From: Clostridia bacterium
GTDB taxonomy: Bacteria > Bacillota > Clostridia > UBA1212 > UBA1255
NCBI GenBank assembly: GCA_017508875.1
Contig: JAFWQX010000084.1
Location: forward strand, 2,506-66,505
Reading direction: 5' to 3'
Length of the DNA: 64,000 bases
Shown: one piece after another, positions 31,096 through 40,707 of the stretch
Layout of the letters: every line of letters begins with the position of its first letter
How positions within the stretch are numbered: position 1 is the first letter of the stretch
Notes under the pieces: model-generated
Told to the model about the DNA's origin: nothing
Seen by the model: the letters and a program-made list of their open reading frames with translations, nothing else
The model's database searches: none
Translations under genes and position numbers: made by a program

Positions 31096-32343
31096 ATGAA
31101 ACTGGAATTTGGATACGGAAAAGGAATACAGACGGTAAATATCGCTGAAAAACATCTTTTAAAGCAGCTTCTTCCGCTTTCCGGAGGGGGAGGCATAGAT
31201 GAGTATGCCGAAATCGAACGCGCCCTTAACGAGCCCGTGGGATCAAGTATTATCGAATCTCTGTTTAAGCCGGGCGAAAGAGTCGCGATCGTGATCAGCG
31301 ATATTACGAGGCCGATGCCTTCATATAAAGTTCTGATGCACATCATTGACCGGCTTAACAAAGCAGGAATACCTGATTCCGATATAACTGTCGTTTCCGC
31401 ACTCGGCTCGCACCGCAGACAGACTAAAGAAGAACTTATCAGACTTGCAGGAAAAGAATGCTTCGAGCGGGTAAAAGTCGTTGACAGCGATCCCGACGAC
31501 TGCGTAAGGTTCGGCGTTACTCGTAGAGGCACACCTGTAGATATCACTCGCGCTGTGGCCGAAGCGGATAAAAGGATCTGCGTGGGCAACGTTGAATTTC
31601 ATTATTTTGCAGGTTTTTCCGGCGGATATAAAGCTATTATGCCCGGCTGCTCCACGCCGGCCGCCATTCAGTCGAATCACAAATTAATGACGAAAGACGG
31701 TTCGGTAGCGGGGAACCTGGATACTAATCAGCTCCGCGAAGATATTGACGAAGCAGGGAAAATGGTAGGCGTGGATTTTATTCTTAACGTTGTCCTTGAC
31801 GAACATAAAAATATAGTTAAGGCATATGCGGGTGATCCGGTGCTTGCCCACAGAAGCGCATGCGAGTTTCTCAGCAATATGTACGGTGTCCCGATAGAGA
31901 AAAAAGCAGATATAGTTATATGTTCCCAGGGAGGATTCCCGAAAGATCTTAATCTTTATCAGACACAGAAAGCACTCGATAACGCGAAACACGCTGTCAG
32001 AGACGGTGGCGTCATTATTTTAGCCGGCGCCTGCCAGGAAGGGCTCGGAGGAAGCGTATTTGAAGAATGGATGACTGATGCCGCTTCTCCCGATGATCTT
32101 ATTAAACGTTTAAATCAGCAGTTCGTCCTGGGCGGCCATAAGGCTGCGGCGATAGCTATGGTACTTAAAAAAGCAGAAATCTATCTGGTTTCAGGAATGG
32201 ATCCGAAACTTGTTAAAAATATATTTTTCAGACCTTTTTCGACGATCCGCGGCGCGTATGCTGCCGCGCAGCATAAATTTAAAGGAAACGGCACTGTAAT
32301 AACTATGCCGTTTGGAGGAAGCACGCTTCCGATATTAAAATGA
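31096..32343 (+). CDS. LarA-family (lactate racemase-like, DUF2088 N-domain) protein
   Basis: The N-terminus MKLEFGYGKGIQTVNI and the overall length of 415 aa fit the nickel-pincer-dependent racemase/epimerase family. No larB, larC or larE lies adjacent. Confidence 0.65.
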   Translation: MKLEFGYGKGIQTVNIAEKHLLKQLLPLSGGGGIDEYAEIERALNEPVGSSIIESLFKPGERVAIVISDITRPMPSYKVLMHIIDRLNKAGIPDSDITVVSALGSHRRQTKEELIRLAGKECFERVKVVDSDPDDCVRFGVTRRGTPVDITRAVAEADKRICVGNVEFHYFAGFSGGYKAIMPGCSTPAAIQSNHKLMTKDGSVAGNLDTNQLREDIDEAGKMVGVDFILNVVLDEHKNIVKAYAGDPVLAHRSACEFLSNMYGVPIEKKADIVICSQGGFPKDLNLYQTQKALDNAKHAVRDGGVIILAGACQEGLGGSVFEEWMTDAASPDDLIKRLNQQFVLGGHKAAAIAMVLKKAEIYLVSGMDPKLVKNIFFRPFSTIRGAYAAAQHKFKGNGTVITMPFGGSTLPILK

Positions 32344-32354
32344 GGTGAAACTGA

Positions 32355-33323
32355 ATGTTTTATAACGCACAGCACGTAAACAAATTTATTACAGGGGATA
32401 TCGACGAACTCGTATATTTCGCGGAGGCAAGAAATTCGCTCCAGTTCGAGATGCTGCTCAGCGAGATACACGTTGCCGATATCAACTGCCACGAAAGCAT
32501 TACAGACCTTGTCCTTGTGACCGGACCGTCTTCTTCGGGTAAAACGACTTTCTCGAATCTGCTCGCGGGAAAGCTCCGGAACGACGGATATAACTGTACA
32601 GTAATTTCACTTGACAACTATTATCACGATAGAGATTATCTCGTTGAAGAGGCCCGGAAGGCCGGTAAAACGCCTAAAGATAAAATGGACATCGATTTTG
32701 AATGTATTGAAGCGTTTAATACGGACCGGTTCAAGCAGGATATGAACAGCTTTATCGCCGGAAATCCCGTCAGAATGCCTGTGTACGATTTTAATACCGG
32801 TAAAAGCCTCGAAAGTGACACGGTTCTGACTCCGACTGAAAAAGATATGATCATAGTTGAGGGTATCCAGTCGCTGAATCCGCTTCTTATCGAAGGTATA
32901 GATTTTCACAGAGTTTTCAGGGTCTATATCTGTCCTTTCGATTATTATCAAGGGAGTTTCCACGGTGAATCACTTACTGTAAATCCCAAGCAGATACGGT
33001 TCATGCGCCGCGCTATACGCGACAGCATACACCGCAACTCTCCGCTTTCTCTCACGATCAGCATGTGGGACGGAGTTAGAGAAGGGGAGGAAAAATATAT
33101 CAAGCCGATGAAGCAGTATGCCGATTTCTTTTTCAATTCCTCTTTCGAGTACGAGATCGCTTACTTGAAATATAAGATCATGCCTCTTTATGAAGAACTG
33201 TCAGACGAAGATAAACTCCGGTTTTCAAAAATTCTGGCGCCCGAAAAGCTTGCGCCGTTTATTCCCGTAGGAAAGCTTAATCTTCCTGCCGATTCGATAT
33301 TCAGAGAATTTTATATGGAGTGA
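32355..33323 (+). CDS. uridine-kinase/phosphoribulokinase-family P-loop nucleoside kinase-like protein
   Basis: Walker A GPSSSGKTT, followed by an ISLDNYY motif typical of the Udk/PRK family. Confidence 0.6.
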   Translation: MFYNAQHVNKFITGDIDELVYFAEARNSLQFEMLLSEIHVADINCHESITDLVLVTGPSSSGKTTFSNLLAGKLRNDGYNCTVISLDNYYHDRDYLVEEARKAGKTPKDKMDIDFECIEAFNTDRFKQDMNSFIAGNPVRMPVYDFNTGKSLESDTVLTPTEKDMIIVEGIQSLNPLLIEGIDFHRVFRVYICPFDYYQGSFHGESLTVNPKQIRFMRRAIRDSIHRNSPLSLTISMWDGVREGEEKYIKPMKQYADFFFNSSFEYEIAYLKYKIMPLYEELSDEDKLRFSKILAPEKLAPFIPVGKLNLPADSIFREFYME

Positions 33324-33336
33324 CCGCTTTATATTT

Positions 33337-33359
33337 CAGCTTTTCGCGGCATAAAGCTG
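33337..33359 (+). terminator. weak terminator-like hairpin (cagcttt/aaagctg)
   Basis: A 7-bp stem with a 9-nt loop and T-rich downstream sequence, 14 nt after the stop at 33323. Confidence 0.4.
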
Positions 33360-33367
33360 TCTTTCAC

Positions 33368-33397
33368 TTGACACGGCGAGCGTTAAAAAACTATAAT
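33368..33397 (+). promoter_or_regulatory. sigma-A promoter TTGACA-18-TATAAT for the ireB-ruvX-DUF1292 operon
   Basis: -35 at 33368-33373 and -10 at 33392-33397. Confidence 0.6.
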
Positions 33398-33468
33398 AAT
33401 AACGAAGCGGAAACATCGCAGTCATCTAATGATCTGCTTTGACATATAACCGGAACGGGGGGTTCATT

Positions 33469-33747
33469 ATGACAGATTCAGGAACAATTTTCTTTTCAAA
33501 AGTAAATGAACGCGAACGTCTCATAAGAGGCATTTTGAATGACGTTTACACGGCGCTGTCCGAGAAAGGGTATAACCCGATCAGCCAGCTTGTAGGGTAC
33601 GTTATGTCCGGTGATCCTACTTATATTACGAATCATAACGGCGCCCGTTCGATGATCACCCGTATCGAGCGCGACGAGATCGTAGAAGAGCTGTTTAATT
33701 CTTATATTTCGAACCAGATGAAAGATAAGAAGGAACCGTTAAAATGA
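33469..33747 (+). CDS. IreB-family regulatory phosphoprotein (UPF0297)
   Basis: [34 protein letters not shown] is the UPF0297 signature. The start was moved to the ATG 33469 after RBS ggggg. Confidence 0.85.
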   Translation: MTDSGTIFFSKVNERERLIRGILNDVYTALSEKGYNPISQLVGYVMSGDPTYITNHNGARSMITRIERDEIVEELFNSYISNQMKDKKEPLK

Positions 33748-34178
33748 CTCTGATTGGTGTTGATTACGGTGACGCCCGTACAGGTATCGCCGTGTCGCCT
33801 GAAGGTGTCTGCTCAGTCCCTTATAAAACTGTTGATTCATCGAACGGAAGGAAAAAAACAGCCGCTTTGATCGCTTCGATCGCTGCCGAAAAAGGCGCCG
33901 GTGTCATTGTCGTCGGTTATCCTCTGAATATGGACGGCAGTAAAGGAAAAAGAGTCGTTGTCACCGAAAAGTTTGCGAAAGCGCTGAAAGAAGCGCTTTC
34001 GGAATTATCGTACGAAGCACAGATCGTTTTCAGCGATGAACGCCTTACTTCAAAGGAAGCTGAATCGATGCTTAGAAATGCGGGCCGGTTTAATCCTGAA
34101 AAGGGTATCAGCGACCAGCTGGCTGCGCAGCTTATACTTCAGGATTATATTGACAGCACAAAGATGAAAGGATGTTGA
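33744..34178 (+). CDS. ruvX: putative pre-16S rRNA nuclease / Holliday-junction-resolvase-like YqgF
   Basis: N-terminus [16 protein letters not shown]. It overlaps ireB by 4 nt in the conserved Firmicute gene order. Confidence 0.9.
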   Translation: MTLIGVDYGDARTGIAVSPEGVCSVPYKTVDSSNGRKKTAALIASIAAEKGAGVIVVGYPLNMDGSKGKRVVVTEKFAKALKEALSELSYEAQIVFSDERLTSKEAESMLRNAGRFNPEKGISDQLAAQLILQDYIDSTKMKGC

Positions 34179-34181
34179 TTT

Positions 34182-34610
34182 ATGGTCAGCAATGATAATA
34201 CAGAAAAAAAGTTTGACGAACTTGTAAATCAGATCACCGAGCTTACTCAGAGCGAAGCCGGAGCAGAAACGGATCCTTCTTCGGAATCAACGGCTTTGGA
34301 AGACGCTGACGGAGACGGGTCGCTCGATTCTCCCGACAGCGAATATGACGGCTTCGAAGGGGCGAATTTAGTCTCGCTTTATGATGAAGAAGGTAATGAA
34401 TTCGAGTTTGAACTGCTCGATTACGTGGATTATAACGACAAACTCTACGCCGTAATGATCCCGGCTGAGCTCTCCGATGCCGAAGATGATCAGGTCGCGG
34501 TCATTATGGAGACTTATTTCGAGGGCAACGAACCTAACTTCATTTTCGTTGACGATGAAGAGCTCGCTCAGAAAGTTCTTGACGAATTTTCTGCCGGAAG
34601 CGGAGATTGA
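34182..34610 (+). CDS. DUF1292 (UPF0473) acidic protein
   Basis: EFEFELLDYVDYNDKLYAVMIPAE is the DUF1292 signature. It is the conserved partner of ireB and ruvX. Confidence 0.8.
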   Translation: MVSNDNTEKKFDELVNQITELTQSEAGAETDPSSESTALEDADGDGSLDSPDSEYDGFEGANLVSLYDEEGNEFEFELLDYVDYNDKLYAVMIPAELSDAEDDQVAVIMETYFEGNEPNFIFVDDEELAQKVLDEFSAGSGD

Positions 34611-34613
34611 GAT

Positions 34614-35639
34614 ATGCTTGTTCCTGCTTTTGTTGACATTCATATGCACGGCTGCGGCGGGAACGATGCCGGAACGTGTGATATTGACGGTCTTACGGAA
34701 ATGTGCCGTCTGCTCGCGCGTCACGGCACCGGGGCTTTCCTTCCTACGCTTCCTTCTGTTTCTCCCGAAGTTTCAAGAAAAGCGTTATCTGTGATCGACG
34801 CGAAAATGAAAAGTCAGTCTGAGCAGATCCTTAGTGATCCTTTGCTTCGCGATTCCGGAGAGATCCGTATCTCTGAAGCGCTGGTTCTGGGCGCGCATCT
34901 TGAAGGACCGTTTATGCTTCCCGAATACAAGGGCGCTCATGAAGAGGCGGTACTGCTTCCTGCTACGATGGACAATTGGAAGCGTCTCACCGACGGGTAT
35001 GAGCACGTGGTAAAAAGAGTCACGATCGATCCGCTCTGCCCGGGGGCAATGTCTCTTATACCTTATCTGACTGATAGAGGTATCACTGTCACTTGCGGCC
35101 ATACCGCGGCGGACAGCGATACTATCATGGAAGCTTTCCGCGCAGGCGCCACTTCCGTTACTCATATATTTAACGCGATGCCTTCGATCCATCACAGAAA
35201 ACCCGGGCCCGCGGCAGCATCGCTCGCAGATGATAATACATATGCAGAACTGATCTGTGATTTCCTCCACGTGAATAAGACAGTATGTAAAATGGTCGTC
35301 AAATGCAAATCTCCCGATAAAGTCGCTATTATTACTGATTCGTGCGAAGCGGCCGGGATGCCTGACGGAACATACCAGCTCAGCGGTCAGGAAATCAAAG
35401 TCATAAACGGTGAAGCACGTACGGAAGACGGAAGACTCGCATCAAGCACCGTTTTTGTTGACATAGAACGCCTTAACCTCCTGAGCCTCGGTTTTGGCGA
35501 ACGCGACATTTCAAAATTGACACACTATACTCCAATCAGCTGTTGTTCGCCGGATATCACTTTCAGAAAGTATCTTTCGTATCTTTATGCCGAGATCGGT
35601 GAAAACGGTTTGGCCAAAGGCCTGATCTACAAAAAATAA
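34614..35639 (+). CDS. nagA: N-acetylglucosamine-6-phosphate-deacetylase-like amidohydrolase
   Basis: The N-terminus FVDIHMHGCGGND and the internal HLEGPF are NagA-like metal-binding motifs. Confidence 0.6.
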   Translation: MLVPAFVDIHMHGCGGNDAGTCDIDGLTEMCRLLARHGTGAFLPTLPSVSPEVSRKALSVIDAKMKSQSEQILSDPLLRDSGEIRISEALVLGAHLEGPFMLPEYKGAHEEAVLLPATMDNWKRLTDGYEHVVKRVTIDPLCPGAMSLIPYLTDRGITVTCGHTAADSDTIMEAFRAGATSVTHIFNAMPSIHHRKPGPAAASLADDNTYAELICDFLHVNKTVCKMVVKCKSPDKVAIITDSCEAAGMPDGTYQLSGQEIKVINGEARTEDGRLASSTVFVDIERLNLLSLGFGERDISKLTHYTPISCCSPDITFRKYLSYLYAEIGENGLAKGLIYKK

Positions 35640-35663
35640 GGATAAAAAACCAGTCCATTTTCG

Positions 35664-35692
35664 TTGACATGAATCGATTTTTAATATAGAAT
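35664..35692 (+). promoter_or_regulatory. candidate sigma-A promoter TTGACA-17-TAGAAT upstream of metY
   Basis: -35 at 35664-35669 and -10 at 35687-35692. Confidence 0.45.
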
Positions 35693-35774
35693 TAAGAAGA
35701 TCATGATTGAGCCGCAAAGGCGGGATCTGATCTTTATATTGTTATTCTATAAATGACGAAACGGGTGAAAAAAA

Positions 35775-37052
35775 TTGAGATTTGAAACAAAATGTGTTCA
35801 GTGCGGATATGAACCTCATAATGGCGAACCGCGTGTTTTGCCGATCGTCCAAAGCACGACTTATAAATATGATACGGCAGATGCCATGGGAGCGCTTTTC
35901 GATCTGAAAGCGAACGGCTTTTTCTATACCCGGCTTGCGAATCCTACCGTTGACGCAGTAGAAAAGAAGATCGCTGCGCTTGAAGGCGGCGTTTGTGCTG
36001 TAATGACTTCTTCGGGACAGGCAGCGAGCACGTTCTCGGTCCTTAATATATGCAAAGCGGGCGACCACGTAGTATGCTCTTCGGCTATTTACGGCGGGAC
36101 GTATAATCTTTTCAATAAGACACTCAGAGATCTCGGTATAGATTTTACTTTTGTTAATCCGGATATCTCCGACGAAGCACTCGATGCTGCTTTCCGTGAT
36201 AATACTAAGTGTGTTTTCGGCGAAACGATCTCCAATCCTTCGCTCGACGTGCTCGATATTGAACGTTTTGCGAATGCCGCTCACAGACACGGCGTTCCGC
36301 TGATCGTCGACAATACTTTCGCAACTCCCGCTAATTGCCGCCCGTTTGAATTCGGCGCGGATATTGTCACCCATTCGACCACTAAGTATATGGACGGACA
36401 TGCATGCGCTATCGGCGGAGTCGTTGTTGACGGCGGCCGCTTCGACTGGACCGCTTCCGGAAAGTTTCCCATGCTTACAGAACCTGACGAGTCGTACCAC
36501 GGAGTTACGTATACGAAGTCTTTCGGAAATGCTGCTTACGGTGTTAAAATGCGTACGCATCTTATGCGCGATCTCGGATCGATGCAGAGCCCTCAGAACG
36601 CATTTTTGCTGAATATAGGGCTCGAAACGCTTTTCCTGCGCATGGAACGCCATTGCTCTAACGCAAAGAAGGTGGCCGAATTCCTCGAGAGCCTTATTAA
36701 GAGCGGTAAAATAACATGGGTGAATTATCCTGATCTTGAGTCTAATAAATATCACGCTCTTGTAAAAAAATACCTTCCGAAAGGTTCATGCGGGGTGATC
36801 TCCTTTGGCGTGGCAGGCGGAAGAGAAGGCGCGATAAGATTTATGGAATCGCTTAAACTGGCCGCGATCGTAACGCACGTCGCAGATGCGAGGACCTGCG
36901 TCCTTCATCCTGCGAGCACTACCCACAGGCAGCTCTCTGACAGAGAACTTGAAGAATGCGGAGTGACACCTGATCTAATCAGGCTGTCGGTCGGGATCGA
37001 AAACGTTGATGACATTATTGAGGATATAGCCGGAGCACTTGAGAATATTTAA
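35775..37052 (+). CDS. metY: O-acetylhomoserine aminocarboxypropyltransferase (sulfhydrylase), PLP-dependent
   Basis: An N-terminal CVQCGYEPHN-type motif, and the lysine in SSTKYMDGH is the PLP site of the Cys/Met-metabolism family. The start is a TTG. Confidence 0.85.
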   Translation: MRFETKCVQCGYEPHNGEPRVLPIVQSTTYKYDTADAMGALFDLKANGFFYTRLANPTVDAVEKKIAALEGGVCAVMTSSGQAASTFSVLNICKAGDHVVCSSAIYGGTYNLFNKTLRDLGIDFTFVNPDISDEALDAAFRDNTKCVFGETISNPSLDVLDIERFANAAHRHGVPLIVDNTFATPANCRPFEFGADIVTHSTTKYMDGHACAIGGVVVDGGRFDWTASGKFPMLTEPDESYHGVTYTKSFGNAAYGVKMRTHLMRDLGSMQSPQNAFLLNIGLETLFLRMERHCSNAKKVAEFLESLIKSGKITWVNYPDLESNKYHALVKKYLPKGSCGVISFGVAGGREGAIRFMESLKLAAIVTHVADARTCVLHPASTTHRQLSDRELEECGVTPDLIRLSVGIENVDDIIEDIAGALENI

Positions 37053-37093
37053 CGGATCAATACGACGTAAATGATTTTGAGAGGATTGGACCT

Positions 37094-37408
37094 ATGGATC
37101 GTGAGTTTCTTGATTTGATCAAAAAAGCCGAAGCGGAAGCCGCTGCTGTTATTGAGGAGGCTAAAATCAAAGCTGCAGAAATCGAAAAAGAGGGAGAAAG
37201 AAACGCCGAGGAATTAGGTTCCGGAACCCGTGCTGAATGGGCTAAGCTAAAAGAGACGAAATTAGGCGAAGCCAAATATAAAGTTAAAAAAATTTACGAT
37301 AATAAAAAGACGTTCCTGACAGTTGCGCTTAACGATAAGAAACTTATGGCTGAGAAAAAACTTGATCAGGCTGCCTCGCTGATAGTCGAAAGGATTCTGG
37401 AAAGCTGA
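37094..37408 (+). CDS. V/A-type ATPase small coiled-coil stalk subunit (G/H-like)
   Basis: A 104-aa Ala/Glu/Lys-rich helical protein, the first gene of the V-ATPase operon. Confidence 0.7.
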   Translation: MDREFLDLIKKAEAEAAAVIEEAKIKAAEIEKEGERNAEELGSGTRAEWAKLKETKLGEAKYKVKKIYDNKKTFLTVALNDKKLMAEKKLDQAASLIVERILES

Positions 37409-39492
37409 TGGCTGTTTCTAAAATGAAACGCATGAGCCTCGTCGGACTTTTGCGTGATAAAGAAGACATAATAGGCAGGCTTCAGGAACTGGGGACGATC
37501 CACATCTCCGGATATGATGAGATCTGTCAGATGAAGGAAGCTGCGGAAGAATCAGAGCAGCTTCAGGCCGGTAATCTTGACGGGCTCAGTCTTGATAATC
37601 CGGAAGAGGCTTTAAGATCTAATAAAGAATATCAGACGATAACAGAAGAACGTGAAAAATTAAAACGCTGCATCGAAGAACTTGCCCCGTTTGACGAGAG
37701 AAAGAAAGGCCTGTTTTCTTTCCTGCGCCCTGTTAAGGCCGAAGACCTTGCGGATGCGGGGAGCAGGCGCGCTTCGATAATTGCCGAAGCGGAAAGAATA
37801 ATTGCCACCGATGCGAACGTACGCGAAAAAGAAGAAAGCGCTGCCCGGATCGAAACGAGATTGAAAAGCATTGACGTCTGGAGACAATATCCGTACGTTC
37901 TGTCTGACGTGACTTCTCAATTTACCACAACCGACTTCCTGTCTGCCGAATCGCTTAAAGAGATCGATGAACTTAAGAGTGCATTGAGCGAGGCTGTACC
38001 TTCCGCGGATTTCTGGGTACTTGACCGGAGTGAAAGCGTTTATCCTTTTGTCATGACGTGTCTGCGCGATGAGCATCCTGCTGCCGAAAAAGTATTCACT
38101 TCGCACAGAATTACCCGCTACGATTTTTCTGATATAGATTCAGCTCCGGAAACGTTCTACAATGAGCAGAAAGCGCTGCTCGAATCCGAGCTCGCTGCTA
38201 AAAATGAACTTCTTGAATCAAGAAAAACGGCAGCGTCGCATATCTCCGATTTTGAACTTCTTTACGATTATCTCGGTATCAAAGCTGAAAAAATAAAAGC
38301 CGATATCAGCATGTCTGATTCGACTGTCACGTTCAGACTCGAAGGCTGGGTCCCCGCAAGGAACGAATCTGCCGTTAAAGAAGAACTCGGTGACGAATTT
38401 ATCTGCCATATGGAATTCAGCGAGCCGGCCGACAATGAACTGCCGCCTACGAAGCTTGAAAACGGCTTCATCGGTTCAGCCGTCGAACCTGTTGAATCCA
38501 TGTACAGTATGCTTAAATACGGGGAGCTCGATCCGTCGGCAATATCTTCGATCTTTTACGCGCTGTTCTTCGGATTTATGTTTTCAGACGCAGGATACGG
38601 TATCATACTCACGCTGGCATGCCTCATAATACTTATCAAATGCAAACTTCGCGCGGGAATGAAGAAGAACATCACACTGTTCCTGTTCTCGGGTATCTCC
38701 ACTACCTTCTGGGGGATCATTTTCGGAAGCTGGTTCGGAAATCTCGTCCAGACCGTTTCACTCGGTAAATTCGCTATAAAACCGCTTTGGTTCGATCCTC
38801 AGGACAGCGCTAACACGGAGCACTTCCTCGCGTTCACGCTGCTGCTGGGAGTCATCCATCTTTATGCCGCGTACGGAATGAAGGCAGCGAACCTTATAAG
38901 GAAAGGGAAGTGGCTCGATGCGATCTGCGACGTATTTTTCTGGTACATATTCTATACCGGCGAGATACTGTTCCTCCTTCCGTACATACCGTACTATAAA
39001 AACACTCAGTTCTGTGCCTCGTATCATAAATACGGCATCTATCTGCTCGGTATCGGTTTCCTGCTGATCCTGTTCACCAAAGGCAGAAAATCCAAAAATC
39101 CGTTCATCAAGATGTTCGGCGGGATCACGTGTCTGTACTCACTTGTCGACATGCTCTCCGACTGCCTTTCATACACCAGGCTTATGGCAATGGGCCTCGC
39201 CACTTCGGTCATTATCAACGTTTTCAACTCGATAGCCGCCTCCGCCGCCGGACTCAATACCGCGGGGATAACGTTCAGGTTTATCGTGTTTATAATAATA
39301 TTCATTGCCGCAAACCTGTTTAACTTTGCCATCAACGCACTCGGCGCATACGTAAACGCCTGCCGTTTGACCTACATAGAATTTTTCGGTAAGTTCTACG
39401 AAGGAGACGGTACGGAGTACGCGCCGCTCACATACAATACCGAATACGTTTACATCGAGGAAGAAAATAGCACCAAAAAGAAAAGAAGATAA
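37408..39492 (+). CDS. ntpI: V-type ATPase subunit I (membrane a-subunit)
   Basis: A 694-aa protein with a hydrophilic N-half and a multi-TM C-half. Its position matches ntp operons. Confidence 0.85.
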   Translation: MAVSKMKRMSLVGLLRDKEDIIGRLQELGTIHISGYDEICQMKEAAEESEQLQAGNLDGLSLDNPEEALRSNKEYQTITEEREKLKRCIEELAPFDERKKGLFSFLRPVKAEDLADAGSRRASIIAEAERIIATDANVREKEESAARIETRLKSIDVWRQYPYVLSDVTSQFTTTDFLSAESLKEIDELKSALSEAVPSADFWVLDRSESVYPFVMTCLRDEHPAAEKVFTSHRITRYDFSDIDSAPETFYNEQKALLESELAAKNELLESRKTAASHISDFELLYDYLGIKAEKIKADISMSDSTVTFRLEGWVPARNESAVKEELGDEFICHMEFSEPADNELPPTKLENGFIGSAVEPVESMYSMLKYGELDPSAISSIFYALFFGFMFSDAGYGIILTLACLIILIKCKLRAGMKKNITLFLFSGISTTFWGIIFGSWFGNLVQTVSLGKFAIKPLWFDPQDSANTEHFLAFTLLLGVIHLYAAYGMKAANLIRKGKWLDAICDVFFWYIFYTGEILFLLPYIPYYKNTQFCASYHKYGIYLLGIGFLLILFTKGRKSKNPFIKMFGGITCLYSLVDMLSDCLSYTRLMAMGLATSVIINVFNSIAASAAGLNTAGITFRFIVFIIIFIAANLFNFAINALGAYVNACRLTYIEFFGKFYEGDGTEYAPLTYNTEYVYIEEENSTKKKRR

Positions 39493-39515
39493 CAACTTTA
39501 TCAGGAGGGATTGTT

Positions 39516-40046
39516 ATGAATTTATCCATACTCTTAACGGCAGTAAATGAAGCGGCAGATCCGGGAAAAGTCGTTGACACAGCTTCGAAGTTTTTCAACT
39601 GGGGCGGAGCGGCGATTGCGCTTATCGGCGCAGCGCTCGCCGTTGTCCTTGCAGGTATCGGTTCTGCTATCGCTGTTAAGAACGTGGCATCCGCCGGTAT
39701 CGGACTTCTCACCGAAGATCCGAGACAGTTTATGCCTGCACTCGTACTTTCGCTGCTTCCTTCAACGCAGGGCATTTACGGCTTCGTTATCGCCTTCATG
39801 ATGCTTGGAAAAGTGACAGCGGGTATGGATTTCACTTCCGGCTTCTCACTTATGCTCGCCGGTCTTCCGATCGGTATCGTAGGTCTGCTGTCGGCAATAT
39901 TCCAGGGCAAGGTCGCTGCCGCCGGTATCCAGCTCGCCGCTAAACAGCCGAAGCACTGGTCAAGGGCAATGATCCTTACGCTGCTCGTCGAAATGTTCGC
40001 ACTGCTGAGCTTCATTATTTCGATATTCATGGTCAACAACGGCTGA
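39516..40046 (+). CDS. ntpK: V-type ATPase proteolipid subunit K (c-ring)
   Basis: A 176-aa, four-helix hydrophobic proteolipid with a conserved acidic residue in the last helix (LLVEMFAL). Confidence 0.85.
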   Translation: MNLSILLTAVNEAADPGKVVDTASKFFNWGGAAIALIGAALAVVLAGIGSAIAVKNVASAGIGLLTEDPRQFMPALVLSLLPSTQGIYGFVIAFMMLGKVTAGMDFTSGFSLMLAGLPIGIVGLLSAIFQGKVAAAGIQLAAKQPKHWSRAMILTLLVEMFALLSFIISIFMVNNG

Positions 40047-40094
40047 TATCGCTTTCGCTTATCAGGTGATTATTTCTGAAAGGTAGATCCAGCT

Positions 40095-40706
40095 ATGTCA
40101 GAAAACGCCAACGGAATCGAATTGATTCTTAATAAAATACGCGAATACGGAGACCAGACTGCCCGCAGAATAATTGACGAAAGCACTGAAAAGGCTCAGG
40201 CTTTATGCATTGACGCGAAAGCGGATTCCGACGCTTTTTTGGAAAGCGAACAGAACGGGCTGAAAGAGGAGATCAGGCGCATCGAAGCTCAGGCGGAAAC
40301 AGATTATTCTGCCGTAGAACGCGACCGCATCCTGGCCCTTAAGCAGAAGATGCTCGCTGAAGCTTATAAAAGAGCTGCCGAAAAGCTAAATGATCTTTCA
40401 GATGACGAAAAACTTTCGCTCTACCGCAAATGGCTTTTAAAATACGGTGAAGATTCTGATTATTCTGTCGTAATGAATAAAAAGGACCGTGATTCTTTCG
40501 GAGATATACTCGCTTCGGAAATGAGCAGAGGAATATTCCCGGGGCATCCGTCGCTCTCCGCATTTTCCGCAGATATTACGGGCGGCCTGATACTTGATTT
40601 CGGCGATTCAAGAACAGACGTTTCTTTCGAGTCTGTCGTAAACAGCGAAAAGGGCAGATACGATATGGAATTGATCAATATTATGTTTTCGGAAGGGCAG
40701 AACTGA
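40095..40706 (+). CDS. V-type ATPase subunit E
   Basis: A 203-aa charged helical protein at the correct operon position. Confidence 0.75.
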   Translation: MSENANGIELILNKIREYGDQTARRIIDESTEKAQALCIDAKADSDAFLESEQNGLKEEIRRIEAQAETDYSAVERDRILALKQKMLAEAYKRAAEKLNDLSDDEKLSLYRKWLLKYGEDSDYSVVMNKKDRDSFGDILASEMSRGIFPGHPSLSAFSADITGGLILDFGDSRTDVSFESVVNSEKGRYDMELINIMFSEGQN

Positions 40707-40707
40707 T

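Noticed and set aside
35640-35774. Possible SAM riboswitch upstream of metY
   Set aside because: The leader is only about 75 nt and lacks the S-box / SAM-II conserved blocks. It is just a promoter and short UTR.
35742-36755. 337-aa ORF on the minus strand
   Set aside because: It lies entirely antisense to the well-supported metY CDS, with no RBS or recognisable domains. It is a shadow ORF.
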